Below, piece by piece: positions 45,191-54,996 of a stretch of 64,000 nt of DNA. Below the pieces are notes generated by a model. The model was not told the DNA's origin. It did not search any database and was given only the letters and a program-made list of their open reading frames with translations. Every line of letters starts with the position of its first letter. Position 1 is the stretch's first letter. The position numbers and the translations under genes are program-made. Source of the stretch: an uncultured bacterium (lineage in GTDB: Bacteria; Zixibacteria; MSB-5A5; JAABVY01; JAHJOQ01); NCBI GenBank assembly GCA_965369655.1, contig CBDUQR010000001.1, positions 78,070 to 142,069 of the forward strand. Direction: 5' to 3'.

Positions 45191-46864
45191 ATGTTCAGAG
45201 TCTTTTTCGCTATTTCCCTGGCATCGCTCACGATTCTCGTGAGTTGCAGTGGCGAAAATGAAACGCCGACTGTGACTGATACGATACCGCCACATGTGGT
45301 CTCGACAATTCCTCTTGCTGACGCTGATTCGGTTAGTATCAATACGGTGATTTCAGCAACATTCTCGGAGAATATCAATCCTGCTACGATTGACTCTACA
45401 ACTTTCATACTCGATATAACGCAGTCAGGAGAGCAAATCTCAAGTACAATAGACGTCGATGAACACACCGTCACTCTTGCTCCTTCAACTACGCTTATGT
45501 ATGACACTTCGTACACAGCCAGGCTGGTGAGTGGTATCACAGACATGGCAGGTAACGCGCTTCATGATGAATACTCCTGGTCATTTCGGACTTGCGATAG
45601 CAGTATGATTGATACGATACCGCCACATGTGGTCTCGACAATTCCTCTTGCTGACGCTGATTCGGTTAGTATCAATACGGTGATTTCAGCAACATTCTCG
45701 GAGAATATCAATCCTGCTACGATTGACTCTACAACTTTCATACTCGATATAACGCAGTCAGGAGAGCAAATCTCAGGTACAATAGACGTCGATGAACACA
45801 CCGTCACTCTTGCCCCTTCAACTACGCTTATGTATGACACTTCATACACCGCCAGACTTATGAGCCAAATCACAGACACAGCAGGCAACGAACTCCGTAG
45901 TGAATACTCCTGGTCATTCAACACAATTGGACGTAGCTCACCCGACACTGGCTGGTCACTCCGTGCCTCGGGTACCTCAGTCTACCTTACCGATGTTGTT
46001 TGGACCGGTGATGGGTTCATCGCTGTGGGAATAACCAGCACGGTGGTCACTTCTAGTGACGGGATTTCATGGCGGGCTTCACAAATCAGCGTTGAAGACA
46101 ATTACCTTGCCTCAATAGCTCATTGTGGAGACGCACTAATGATAGTAGGTTGGCATCAGCAATCATATCAACCTCGCACGTTTGTTTCCACTGATGGGAT
46201 ATCTTGGATTCCTGCTATCTCGTTCAGCGACAGTTCGAAAACTCTAATAGACGTAGCCCATACAGGAACACACTACATCGCTGTAGGAGGTTGGGGTGTC
46301 GCAATGGAATCACCCGATGGATTGCACTGGACAAGAATCATAGATCTCTGGGATGTGAGCGCCTTCAAAGCTGCATTGTGGCATGACAGCAAGCTATTCG
46401 CTGTAGGATATACACGCGATTACGATGATGACCTTTACCCATCTCCATACAGATCGGTCGTTTATACGTATGATCTGTTCACATGGTCGGAAGTGTGGAG
46501 ATCTGGCGACCTTCCATGTGACACTTGGCTTAACGATATTATACACACTGGAGATATGTTCATCGCAGTTGGTTTTGGTTCGACAGAGTACGGGGGTGGT
46601 TCAATAATCACCTCAACTGATGGTACGGCTTGGAAGTATCGCTATCCAGGTCAACACACATGCCACTATAGTGAAGTCATCCACGTAAGTGGTGTTACCT
46701 ATGTAGCCGGAAGCCAAGGAGTTGTGTTAAGAACTGATGATTTTACATCCTGGGAAGTCTGTCAGACGAATACAGACGAACATCTGAACGCAATAGCCTA
46801 TGGAAACTCTACAATAGTAGTTGTGGGGTCCAATGGTACTATCCTCACTTCACCATTGAGATGA
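45191..46864 (+). CDS. lipoprotein with two tandem Ig-like (Big/SbsA-type) domains and a C-terminal BNR/Ycf48-like beta-propeller region
   Basis: Lipobox LTILVSC. Two repeats of about 111 aa (DTIPPHVVSTIPLADADSVSINTVISATFSENINPATIDSTTFILDITQSGEQIS...). The C-terminal half has recurring S-x-D-G-x-x-W units. Confidence 0.6.
   Translation: MFRVFFAISLASLTILVSCSGENETPTVTDTIPPHVVSTIPLADADSVSINTVISATFSENINPATIDSTTFILDITQSGEQISSTIDVDEHTVTLAPSTTLMYDTSYTARLVSGITDMAGNALHDEYSWSFRTCDSSMIDTIPPHVVSTIPLADADSVSINTVISATFSENINPATIDSTTFILDITQSGEQISGTIDVDEHTVTLAPSTTLMYDTSYTARLMSQITDTAGNELRSEYSWSFNTIGRSSPDTGWSLRASGTSVYLTDVVWTGDGFIAVGITSTVVTSSDGISWRASQISVEDNYLASIAHCGDALMIVGWHQQSYQPRTFVSTDGISWIPAISFSDSSKTLIDVAHTGTHYIAVGGWGVAMESPDGLHWTRIIDLWDVSAFKAALWHDSKLFAVGYTRDYDDDLYPSPYRSVVYTYDLFTWSEVWRSGDLPCDTWLNDIIHTGDMFIAVGFGSTEYGGGSIITSTDGTAWKYRYPGQHTCHYSEVIHVSGVTYVAGSQGVVLRTDDFTSWEVCQTNTDEHLNAIAYGNSTIVVVGSNGTILTSPLR
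45278..45943 (+). repeat. tandem duplication, 2 x 333 bp, within the lipoprotein gene (first 176 bp of each unit identical)
   Basis: The units at 45278-45610 and 45611-45943 were compared base by base. The first difference appears at offset 176 (a/g), and divergence increases towards the 3' end of each unit. Confidence 0.85.
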
Positions 46865-47707
46865 ATTTGTAGAATATTCAACGCTCTCCCACTTCGGATA
46901 GCTCCCCAGCACTTTCACAAAATGCGTGATTTCTTCGAGGTGGTTGAGGGCGTTCCGGACTTCCTGTTGCTGTACTGTGCCCTCGAAATCGAGATAAAAA
47001 TAATACTGCCAGGCTTTCTTGCGGACAGGACGTGATTCTATTTTGGTCAAATCAATATCGCGCAGCGCAAACACAGAAAGAACCTTGAACAACACTCCCG
47101 GCTGATTCTTCATAGAAAACACAATCGATGTCTTCCCGGGACCGCTGAACTTTTTCGGCTTTCGTCCAAGCAGCAGAAACCGCGTGAAATTCGTCTTTTC
47201 GTCTTCGAGAGATTTCCGCAGCACTTTCATTCCATAGATTTCAGCGGCATACGGCTGCGCAAGTGCGGCGGCATCGTCGGGTTTGTCTTCTGCGAGCATT
47301 TTCACCGCACCGCCGGTATCGTAATACAACACAGGTTCGATCTGTGGATTGCGCTCGAAAAATCCGCTGCACTGCTCCAACGCCGCAGGATGCGAATAGA
47401 CTTTTGATATTCGCTTGAACCCAATCCCTCTCGGCGCGATCAAACTGAGCGAAATGCGAAGCTGCGTCTCGCCCACAACGCTCAGATCGCGTTCCAGCAG
47501 CAGATCGTAACTCTTGTGGATCGATCCGATCAGCGAGTTTTCGATTGGGATGATTCCAAGAGAAGCCTTGCGCGATTCGACAAGATCGAATACGGAAGCA
47601 AATGACTTGGCGCCGACAACAGAAATGCTGTCGCCAAGAAGCCGCCGTGCGGCTACTTCTGAAAATGCGCCTCGTTCACCCTGGAATGCAACTCTTGAGC
47701 GGCTCAT
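46850..47707 (-). CDS. pheA: prephenate dehydratase
   Basis: RVAFQGERGAFSE...ESRP...ACT-domain C-terminus. 285 aa. Confidence 0.8.
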   Translation of the reverse strand: MSRSRVAFQGERGAFSEVAARRLLGDSISVVGAKSFASVFDLVESRKASLGIIPIENSLIGSIHKSYDLLLERDLSVVGETQLRISLSLIAPRGIGFKRISKVYSHPAALEQCSGFFERNPQIEPVLYYDTGGAVKMLAEDKPDDAAALAQPYAAEIYGMKVLRKSLEDEKTNFTRFLLLGRKPKKFSGPGKTSIVFSMKNQPGVLFKVLSVFALRDIDLTKIESRPVRKKAWQYYFYLDFEGTVQQQEVRNALNHLEEITHFVKVLGSYPKWESVEYSTNSSQW

Positions 47708-47760
47708 ACCTGATTGGTCGGTACGAACGCAAGAATGCTTAAAGAAGAAAAGACGGCAGC

Positions 47761-49008
47761 TTAGTTCTTCATCGAATCCAGGAATTTAGTGTTCGACTTG
47801 GTCTTCTTGACTCTATCCAGCAAGAATTCCATACCCTCGACCGGGTTCATCTCAGCAAGGAATTTCCGCATAATCCAGACCTTATTGAGCTGATCGGATG
47901 TGAGCAGAAGTTCTTCCTTACGAGTACCGGAGCGATTGATGTCCATCGCCGGGAAAATTCTTCGATCCGAAAGCCTGCGGTCGAGCACGATTTCCATATT
48001 GCCGGTGCCCTTGAATTCCTCGAAGATGACCTCATCCATTCGGGAGCCGGTCTCGATCAGCGCTGTGCCGATGATAGTCAGCGATCCGCCCTCTTCGATG
48101 TTTCGCGCTGCGCCGAAGAATCTTTTCGGCCTGTGCAAGGCGTTCGAATCGACGCCACCCGACAGGATCTTGCCGGAATGCGGGACGACCGCGTTGTGCG
48201 CGCGCGCGAGTCTCGTGATCGAGTCGAGCAGGATAACCACGTCGTGTTGATGCTCGACAAGGCGCTTCGCTTTCGCGATCACCATGTCCGCAACCTGCAC
48301 ATGACGCTCTGCGGGCTCATCGAATGTTGACGATACGACCTCGCCCTTCACCGACCGAGCCATTTCGGTAACCTCTTCCGGACGCTCATCGATCAGCAGC
48401 ACGATCAGCTTCATCTCCGGATGGTTCGTCGCGATAGCATTCGCGATACGCTGCAGGATGATAGTCTTTCCCGCTTTCGGAGGCGAGGTGATTAGTCCGC
48501 GCTGGCCCTTCCCGATCGGCGTCATCAGGTCCATGATCCTCGTAGTGTACTCCGACGGAGAATACTCGAGCTTGATCTTCTCCTGCGGATAGAGCGGCGT
48601 GAGGTTATCAAAGAGAATCTTGTGCTTCGCAATCTCGGGATTCTCGAAATTGACTGCCTCGATCTTGAGCAGTGCGAAATACCGCTCGGATTCCTTCGGC
48701 GGCCTTACCTGACCCGAGACCGTGTCGCCGGTGCGCAGATCGAATCTCTTTATCTGCGATGGCGAAACATAGATGTCGTCCGGTCCCGGAAGGTAGTTGT
48801 AATCTGATGAGCGAAGAAACCCGTAGCCCTCGTCAAGAATCTGCAGGACGCCTTCGGCGAAAATCAGGCCGTCTTTCTCGGTATTCGCTTCAAGAATCTT
48901 GAAGATCAGTTCCTGTTTTCGCAGCCCGGATACTCCCGGGATATCGAGCTCCTCGGCCATCTTGAGAAGCTCGGCGATGGTTTTACTTTTCAGGTCGACA
49001 ATGTCCAT
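47761..49008 (-). CDS. rho: transcription termination factor Rho
   Basis: N-terminal domain ([30 protein letters not shown]), RNA-binding OB fold, ATPase [15 protein letters not shown]. Confidence 0.9.
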   Translation of the reverse strand: MDIVDLKSKTIAELLKMAEELDIPGVSGLRKQELIFKILEANTEKDGLIFAEGVLQILDEGYGFLRSSDYNYLPGPDDIYVSPSQIKRFDLRTGDTVSGQVRPPKESERYFALLKIEAVNFENPEIAKHKILFDNLTPLYPQEKIKLEYSPSEYTTRIMDLMTPIGKGQRGLITSPPKAGKTIILQRIANAIATNHPEMKLIVLLIDERPEEVTEMARSVKGEVVSSTFDEPAERHVQVADMVIAKAKRLVEHQHDVVILLDSITRLARAHNAVVPHSGKILSGGVDSNALHRPKRFFGAARNIEEGGSLTIIGTALIETGSRMDEVIFEEFKGTGNMEIVLDRRLSDRRIFPAMDINRSGTRKEELLLTSDQLNKVWIMRKFLAEMNPVEGMEFLLDRVKKTKSNTKFLDSMKN

Positions 49009-49096
49009 AGTGATTAACCTTTCACTCTATGAAATAACTCATTTTATCGATTGTAGTGAACGTGCTGTTTCGTGGATTGAGGGGATCGCCTAAGTG

Positions 49097-49450
49097 TTAC
49101 TTTTCCTCCAATCTTTCGGATGGAGCGTCACCCCACAGTCGTTCGAGACCGTAGAATTCCCTCTTTTCCTGAAGAAATATGTGCACAACAACATCAACAT
49201 AGTCCAAAAGAACCCAACTGCCGTATGAAAGCCCTTCGATATGCCACGGCTTCTGATCTTCTTCTGCAAGGCCGTCCCTAATACTCTCAGCTATTGCCTT
49301 GTTGTGGATATCAGCGGCGCCGGAACATATCACAAAGAAGTCTGTTACCGACGTGAGCCCTCGTAAGTCCAGAATAACTACATCATTCGCTTTCTTGTCA
49401 AGGGCAAAAGTTCCTGCAAGGCGGGCTAATTCGTGCGAGTCAGATACCAA
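49097..49450 (-). CDS. rsfS: ribosome silencing factor RsfS (Iojap)
   Basis: VILDLRGLTSVTDFFVICSG...YVDVVVHIF. Confidence 0.85.
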   Translation of the reverse strand: MVSDSHELARLAGTFALDKKANDVVILDLRGLTSVTDFFVICSGAADIHNKAIAESIRDGLAEEDQKPWHIEGLSYGSWVLLDYVDVVVHIFLQEKREFYGLERLWGDAPSERLEEK

Positions 49451-49489
49451 TAGCCTGAGTCAGCTCCTTCCCAACAGGTTGATTCCAGG

Positions 49490-50011
49490 TCATTCTGAAC
49501 CTGTCCTGGCGTTGAGCACCCGTTCGACATCCTTGCCGATTATTACGGTGATGTCTATGCTCAGGAAATTATCGTCAAGAGACCTCAGCACGACATTAGC
49601 CGGATCAGCGCCGAGTTCGGCTGCAAGTCTGTCGGCATACTCGATGGCGCGCTCGTCGCGTACGATCAGCATTGTCTCCGTCACATTGTAGGATTCGAAA
49701 TTCTCGACCTCAATAACGTCGAACTCCGCGCCCTCAACTTTGCTCGCCCTGATTAAATCGGCGGTCAGGGATGCCGCTTTAGTTATTCCGCATCCGTTCA
49801 GCACCTGAACCCTGAGATATGTCCTCTCCGGCGGAAGGCTCGAAGATTCTCCCGACATGATCTTCAGCACGGTCGAAGAGACGAATACGAGCACAACCAG
49901 CGACAAGACTCCGATCACATAGTTCAAACCTCTTCCGGGCGGCCGAGCCGACAACCGGGAAAGGTACTGCTTGTGAGTCGGAAGCTTTGATTTCTTTCTT
50001 CTGCGAGGCAA
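49490..50011 (-). CDS. LytR_C-domain (cell-envelope-associated) membrane-anchored protein
   Basis: N-terminal basic segment plus a TM helix. The C-terminal LRVQVLNGCGITKAASLTADLIR...ANVVLR is the LytR C-terminal domain pattern. Confidence 0.55.
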   Translation of the reverse strand: MPRRRKKSKLPTHKQYLSRLSARPPGRGLNYVIGVLSLVVLVFVSSTVLKIMSGESSSLPPERTYLRVQVLNGCGITKAASLTADLIRASKVEGAEFDVIEVENFESYNVTETMLIVRDERAIEYADRLAAELGADPANVVLRSLDDNFLSIDITVIIGKDVERVLNARTGSE

Positions 50012-50015
50012 GAAA

Positions 50016-50510
50016 TCACCATATCACGTTATTGAATGGACGAGTGCCATACGGACGGTAATATCTCCCCTGCCCGCCATAGACACCCGGAACAGTCTCA
50101 TAGCTTATCAACAGATGGAACTTTTCGGATGGCTGATAGAGCAACCTGACGTTGGGAAGTATCGAACCGTAGTCTTTCGTTCCGCGGCTGTCTCCCCAGA
50201 GCACCTGAGACGGCTGATGCAACCAACCGAGAGTCACATCCACGCTCAGAGAATTCGACAGGCTGTATCGCATCGAGTTCATGTAGAGACCAATTGTTTC
50301 GCCATGGCCACCGTACGAAAAATAACTGACTGAGTAGGAATGGTTCATCGAGAACCGGTTAGGATCGAGCAGGGAAAACCTGCTGTCGAAGCTACCCGCA
50401 CCGATACCCATCGCCGAATTCTCATTCGCATCCCTGTTCAGCATAGTATCAGCACTGAGCGTTGCAGCCATTGCCATAACGCATACAATCACTGTCAAAA
50501 AACGTCTCAT
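50016..50510 (-). CDS. small outer-membrane beta-barrel protein
   Basis: Signal peptide MRRFLTVIVCVMAMAATLSA, alternating aromatic strands, a C-terminal ...NNVIW. Confidence 0.4.
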   Translation of the reverse strand: MRRFLTVIVCVMAMAATLSADTMLNRDANENSAMGIGAGSFDSRFSLLDPNRFSMNHSYSVSYFSYGGHGETIGLYMNSMRYSLSNSLSVDVTLGWLHQPSQVLWGDSRGTKDYGSILPNVRLLYQPSEKFHLLISYETVPGVYGGQGRYYRPYGTRPFNNVIW

Positions 50511-50568
50511 ATCGTGCCTAACCTCCGGAGATTTGCCGGATAAAAGGAACCGTATTGTTCATGTCGTG

Positions 50569-51324
50569 TCAAGATAAAACCCTTTGTCCCATAATGGACT
50601 CGGCCTGCGCTAACTCATCAGGTGAGTTCACACCGACAGTTTCACGATAGTCCTCGGCGCAATAAGCGGCTGTCGGAAGTCCCTGCTGCATGAAGACCTG
50701 CATGACATCCGTCAGATAATACTCTCCCTGGCTGTTATCATTATCGACACTGCGCAATGCCTCAAACAGCGGCTTCGTCCGAAATATAAACGTTCCAGTG
50801 TTGATTTCGTCAATTTTCCGCTCGTCGTCAGAGGCATCTTTATGTTCTACGATTTTCCGAACCATCGAGTTCCCATCCCGGATGATTCTGCCATAGCCTG
50901 TCGGATCCGGGAGTTTCGCGGTCAGCACGGTCGCGGTGGCGCCGGTTTCTCTGTGTACGTCGATCATCTTCGCGACAGTCGAACTGCGGAGAAGCGGAAC
51001 ATCTCCCGCCAGGACGATCGTGTCGCCCTCAAATCCAGTCAGTTCCCGCTCTGCTATCTGAACAGCATGGCCGGTTCCAAGCTGCTTTTCCTGGAGAACG
51101 AATGTCACTCCGGGGCGAGCGATCGCTTTTTCCACCTTCCCGGCCTTGTATCCGACGACGACGACAGTTTTCGAGACCGACAGTTCGGACAGCGTATCCA
51201 GCACATGCTCCACCAGCGGCTTGCCGGCAAGCACATGCAGGACCTTGGGGAGGTCTGATTTCATTCGCTCGCCTTTGCCCGCAGCGAGGACAATGGCAGC
51301 CAGTTTTTCGGGATTATCAGTCAT
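50569..51324 (-). CDS. sugar-phosphate nucleotidyltransferase (GlmU N-terminal domain-like, without acetyltransferase domain)
   Basis: AAIVLAAGKGERMKSDLPKVLHVLAGKPLVEHV matches the GlmU/NTP-transferase N-terminus. 251 aa, so the left-handed-helix domain is absent. Confidence 0.6.
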   Translation of the reverse strand: MTDNPEKLAAIVLAAGKGERMKSDLPKVLHVLAGKPLVEHVLDTLSELSVSKTVVVVGYKAGKVEKAIARPGVTFVLQEKQLGTGHAVQIAERELTGFEGDTIVLAGDVPLLRSSTVAKMIDVHRETGATATVLTAKLPDPTGYGRIIRDGNSMVRKIVEHKDASDDERKIDEINTGTFIFRTKPLFEALRSVDNDNSQGEYYLTDVMQVFMQQGLPTAAYCAEDYRETVGVNSPDELAQAESIMGQRVLS

Positions 51325-51682
51325 CTATGATCTTGTTATTGCTATCGACATGAACGATTCGAGGCTTGAAGCCTTTCGCTTCGTCATGCGGCATTATAGA
51401 ATATGCTATAATGATAACTTTGTCGCCGATGGAGCCAAGTCTCGCTGCCGCTCCGTTGAGGCATATTGTGCCGGAGTCACGTTCACCTCGAATCACGTAA
51501 GTCTCTATCCTGCTGCCTGTACTAAGATTGAGCACCTGAACCTTTTCGTACTCCAAAAGTCCGGAAGCATCTACAAGGGTCCCGTCGATTGTGATCGAGC
51601 CCTCGTATTCGAGATTCGCCTCGGTTACGGTGGCGCGATGAATCTTCGCGCGACACATGTGCAGGAAATTCGATTCGTTCAT
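51317..51682 (-). CDS. panD: aspartate 1-decarboxylase
   Basis: MCRAKIHRATVTEANLEYEGSITID...IGD(K)VIIIAY includes the pyruvoyl-forming G-S region. Confidence 0.85.
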   Translation of the reverse strand: MNESNFLHMCRAKIHRATVTEANLEYEGSITIDGTLVDASGLLEYEKVQVLNLSTGSRIETYVIRGERDSGTICLNGAAARLGSIGDKVIIIAYSIMPHDEAKGFKPRIVHVDSNNKIIDD

Positions 51683-51686
51683 ATTC

Positions 51687-52547
51687 TCAGCCTCGCGATT
51701 TACTCGCGGCTACCACAATATTGTCAATCAATCTGACGCCGTCAAGCCTCACAGCCAAAGAAATCAGCGCTTTGCCGATAATTCTGTCGAGATCATCCAG
51801 AGTCGCGGCGTCATTGATCGATATGTACTCTATCTCAATGCCTTTCGTACGCCTTATCGGTTCTCTAACCGCCGCAGCTACTTTCCTTGCGTCCAACTCG
51901 CCAGACTGGACAAGTTCTCGCCCATTCCTGAGCCCACGATAAATACATGATGCACGGTCGAGTTGTTCCGTGTTAAAATAGCGATTTCTCGATGACATGG
52001 CCAAGCCCGATTTCTCCCGCATGGTTAGAGCTACAGCAATCTTTACGGGTATATTCAGATCCCGCACCATCCGTTTAATCACAACCGCTTGCTGGGCATC
52101 CTTTTGCCCGAAAACTGCCACATCAGGCGTGACAGCATTCAGCAGTTTTGCCACGATTGTCGTCACACCCCTGAAATGCGTCGGCCTGAACCTGCCATCG
52201 AGCTTCCGAGTGATTCCCTCAGTCTCGACCCAGGTCATGTAGCCGGGCGGATACATCTCGTCACCAGAAGGCATAAACAAGTATTCGACATCGAGGTTCC
52301 TGAGCATCCTTCTGTCGGCACTCAGCGGTCGCGGATAATTCGCAAGGTCTTCCGATGGTCCGAACTGAGTCGGATTGACGAATATCGAGACTACGACAAT
52401 ATCGGTCAGATTCCTCGCTTTGCGCACGAGCGACAGATGGCCCTCATGAAGCGCGCCCATTGTCGGGACGAGACCAATCCTGCGTCCCAGCCGCTTTTCA
52501 GCCCTGGCCGTCTTCTGCATCGATTTCACTGTCTTGATTGTCTTCAT
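51687..52547 (-). CDS. panC: pantoate--beta-alanine ligase
   Basis: GLVPTMGALHEGHLSLVRKA (HIGH-type motif). Confidence 0.85.
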   Translation of the reverse strand: MKTIKTVKSMQKTARAEKRLGRRIGLVPTMGALHEGHLSLVRKARNLTDIVVVSIFVNPTQFGPSEDLANYPRPLSADRRMLRNLDVEYLFMPSGDEMYPPGYMTWVETEGITRKLDGRFRPTHFRGVTTIVAKLLNAVTPDVAVFGQKDAQQAVVIKRMVRDLNIPVKIAVALTMREKSGLAMSSRNRYFNTEQLDRASCIYRGLRNGRELVQSGELDARKVAAAVREPIRRTKGIEIEYISINDAATLDDLDRIIGKALISLAVRLDGVRLIDNIVVAASKSRG

Positions 52548-52619
52548 CAGTCTGCGGCGTAATGGTTTTTTCCTGAGTGGATCAATCCGCCCCGTCAGTG
52601 CGACTCAATCGCGTCATGC

Positions 52620-53429
52620 TCAATATGTTTCGTCTTTCGACGGGTAGTCCCCGGACACGACATCAGAGATGAATTTCTCGCCGACCTCCCTGATCTTTCC
52701 GGCAAGGTCGAAGTACTTGCGAACAAACTTTGCGTCGAACGTCTCGTCGAGACCCATGATGTCGTTTATCACCATGATCTGGCCGTCGACGTTCTTTCCG
52801 GCGCCAATGCCGATCGTGGGGATCGTCAGGAGTTTTGTAATCTCCTCGGCGACATCCGGTTTCATCGCTTCGAGGACGATAGCGAACGAGCCGGAATCCT
52901 GCAAAGCCTGCGCGGAATCCATCAGGTATTCTCGCGACACGTCATCGCAGCCCTGCACCCGATACCCTCCGAATCTGTGTATCGACTGTGGCGTCAGGCC
53001 AATGTGACCCATGACCGGAATACCGACTTCCACGAGCCGCCTGACCGTAGCCGCCATCTCGATGCCGCCCTCCAGCTTCACACCCTGCGCTCCCGCCTCC
53101 TTCAGATATCTGCCGGCATTGGCGATCGCTTCGGATGTCGACTGCTGGTAAGTAAGAAACGGCATGTCGCCGATGACGACCGCTCTCCGGGCAGCCCTTG
53201 CCACAGCTTCAGTGTGATAGAGACTCTGCTCCAGGGTCAGCGACAGCGTATCTTTCCTGCCGTAAAACACCATGTTCAAGCTGTCGCCGACGAGCAGCCC
53301 ATCGACTCCGGAAGCATCGAGGTGCATGGCGGTGAAATAATCGTAAGCCGTCAGCCAGACCTGCTTCTTGCCATCTCGCTTCTTCTTGCCGATGTCTCTT
53401 ATCGAGCATTTTTTCGTACGCATCATCAT
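52620..53429 (-). CDS. panB: 3-methyl-2-oxobutanoate hydroxymethyltransferase
   Basis: TAYDYFTA...VGDSLNMVFYG...IGIGAG. Confidence 0.85.
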   Translation of the reverse strand: MMMRTKKCSIRDIGKKKRDGKKQVWLTAYDYFTAMHLDASGVDGLLVGDSLNMVFYGRKDTLSLTLEQSLYHTEAVARAARRAVVIGDMPFLTYQQSTSEAIANAGRYLKEAGAQGVKLEGGIEMAATVRRLVEVGIPVMGHIGLTPQSIHRFGGYRVQGCDDVSREYLMDSAQALQDSGSFAIVLEAMKPDVAEEITKLLTIPTIGIGAGKNVDGQIMVINDIMGLDETFDAKFVRKYFDLAGKIREVGEKFISDVVSGDYPSKDETY

Positions 53430-53431
53430 GA

Positions 53432-54076
53432 CTACAAAAACGATCTCCCCGGCGGAACGTAATAGTGCGTGCCCTTAATCGGTTTCTGAATCTGAGCCAG
53501 AAGATCCTCAAAATCCTCTTTGTTCTCGACAAAGTCAATCTCATCGGTCTTGACGACCAGCAGCGGTCCTTTGTCGTAGTTGAAAAAATAGAAATTGTAT
53601 GCCTCGTTCAGTTCATCGAGATATCTGACATCGATATTCCTCTCGTACGGGACGCCTCTCTTCCGAATGCGAGCGAGCAGGTTTTCCGTCGATGCCTGCA
53701 AATATATCACCAGATCGGGTTTCGGCAGCGTACGCGAAATCAACTCGGCAATCTTGTCGTACAGATACATTTCATTCTCATCGAGATTGATCTGCGCAAA
53801 CAGCCTGTCCTTGTCGAATGTGTAATCCGTCACGATTCTCTGCATGAAAAGGTCGTGCGACACGAGTTTCATCTGCTGCTGATATCGCGCCACCAGGAAA
53901 TAGAGCTGCGTTTGCAGGGCGTATTTCGAACGATTCTTATAGAAGTCAGAAAGGAATGGATTCTCATCCGACTTCTCCAGGACAAGGTGCGCTGACAGAT
54001 TCTCTGCCAGAATCCTGGAGAAACTGGTCTTCCCGACGCCGATCGGACCATCTACAGCCAGATACCGGTGATCCAC
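53432..54076 (-). CDS. deoxynucleoside kinase (dAK/dGK/dCK family)
   Basis: LAVDGPIGVGKTSFSRILAENL P-loop and an ERS-like region. The start is reassigned to the GTG at 54076 to avoid a 108-nt overlap with folK. The track ORF runs to 54187. Confidence 0.7.
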   Translation of the reverse strand: MDHRYLAVDGPIGVGKTSFSRILAENLSAHLVLEKSDENPFLSDFYKNRSKYALQTQLYFLVARYQQQMKLVSHDLFMQRIVTDYTFDKDRLFAQINLDENEMYLYDKIAELISRTLPKPDLVIYLQASTENLLARIRKRGVPYERNIDVRYLDELNEAYNFYFFNYDKGPLLVVKTDEIDFVENKEDFEDLLAQIQKPIKGTHYYVPPGRSFL

Positions 54077-54078
54077 AG

Positions 54079-54606
54079 TCAGACGACCTCGTCGAGCTCG
54101 ATCTTTTCCTCGAGCTTCAACACCCTCTTCGCTCCGGTTACTTTTTCGAGCGCCTCTCGGATCGAAACGCAGGCCGTCTCGACACACAATTCCGGCGCAA
54201 TGTCGTACAGGGGTCGAAGGGCGAATTCCCTGTCGAGCAGCCGGGGATGGGGAATCTGGAGCCTGTACTCGTTTACGAAGCGATCGCCATAGAGCAGGAT
54301 GTCTATGTCGATAATGCGAGGTCCTCTGTGAACACTCTCGGACCGGCCCATCTCACGCTCAATCTTCATGCAAGCTTCCAGCAAACGCATCGGAGAAAGA
54401 TCCGTCGCGATTCCTACAACCATGTTGTAGAAATCCTCCTGAGCGACATAACCGACCGGCTCTGTCTGGTAGATGGGTGAAATCTCTTCGATCTCGATCT
54501 GTTCGGTACCGGACAGCTTTCCTACAGCTTTGCGAAGATAAGCCATCCTGTCACCGATATTGGAACCGAGACCAAGGTAGGCCTTAATCTCTTTCATGTT
54601 TGACAA
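54079..54606 (-). CDS. folK: 6-hydroxymethyl-7,8-dihydropterin pyrophosphokinase
   Basis: AYLGLGSNIGDRMAYLRKAV...YQTEPVGY...GPRIIDIDILLYGD. Confidence 0.85.
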   Translation of the reverse strand: MSNMKEIKAYLGLGSNIGDRMAYLRKAVGKLSGTEQIEIEEISPIYQTEPVGYVAQEDFYNMVVGIATDLSPMRLLEACMKIEREMGRSESVHRGPRIIDIDILLYGDRFVNEYRLQIPHPRLLDREFALRPLYDIAPELCVETACVSIREALEKVTGAKRVLKLEEKIELDEVV

Positions 54607-54639
54607 TAAACGTCCTTTGATCCGAATGTCAAGGAGTTG

Positions 54640-54996
54640 TCAGGGGCGATGAATCTCGACTTCGATGTGATCGAGATTCCCCGGAATCGGCGGAATCTTC
54701 TTTCTCACCCTTATGACGACAGTCTCTACGTGGAACCTGGCAAGGATAGCCTTTGCTAGTCTCTCCGATATGGTTTCGAGCAGCGAAAAATGCTCTCTGG
54801 AGAGTATCTCTTCGACAGTCTGATAGACCTGTGTATAATTGACCGTATCAGTCAGGCGGTCGCTGTTGGCGGCCGGGCGCACATCGACATGCAGCTCCAC
54901 ATCGACCTCGAATCGTCTGCCGGTCTCCTTCTCGGCCGGTGAGACGCCGTGGTAGCCGTAGAACATCATGTTGTGAAGCCGGATTACGTCACTCAT
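54640..54996 (-). CDS. folB: dihydroneopterin aldolase
   Basis: VIRLHNMMFYGYHGVSPAEKETGRRFEVDVEL. The start is at the internal Met (MSDVIRL). The track ORF extends to 55095 and would overlap the aminotransferase gene. Confidence 0.7.
   Translation of the reverse strand: MSDVIRLHNMMFYGYHGVSPAEKETGRRFEVDVELHVDVRPAANSDRLTDTVNYTQVYQTVEEILSREHFSLLETISERLAKAILARFHVETVVIRVRKKIPPIPGNLDHIEVEIHRP

Noticed and set aside
53432-54187. 108-nt overlap between the deoxynucleoside kinase ORF as given in the track and folK
   Set aside because: The kinase very likely starts at the in-frame GTG at 54076 (VDHRYLAVDGPIGVGKT), which leaves a 2-nt gap to the folK stop. The long overlap is an ORF-caller over-extension.
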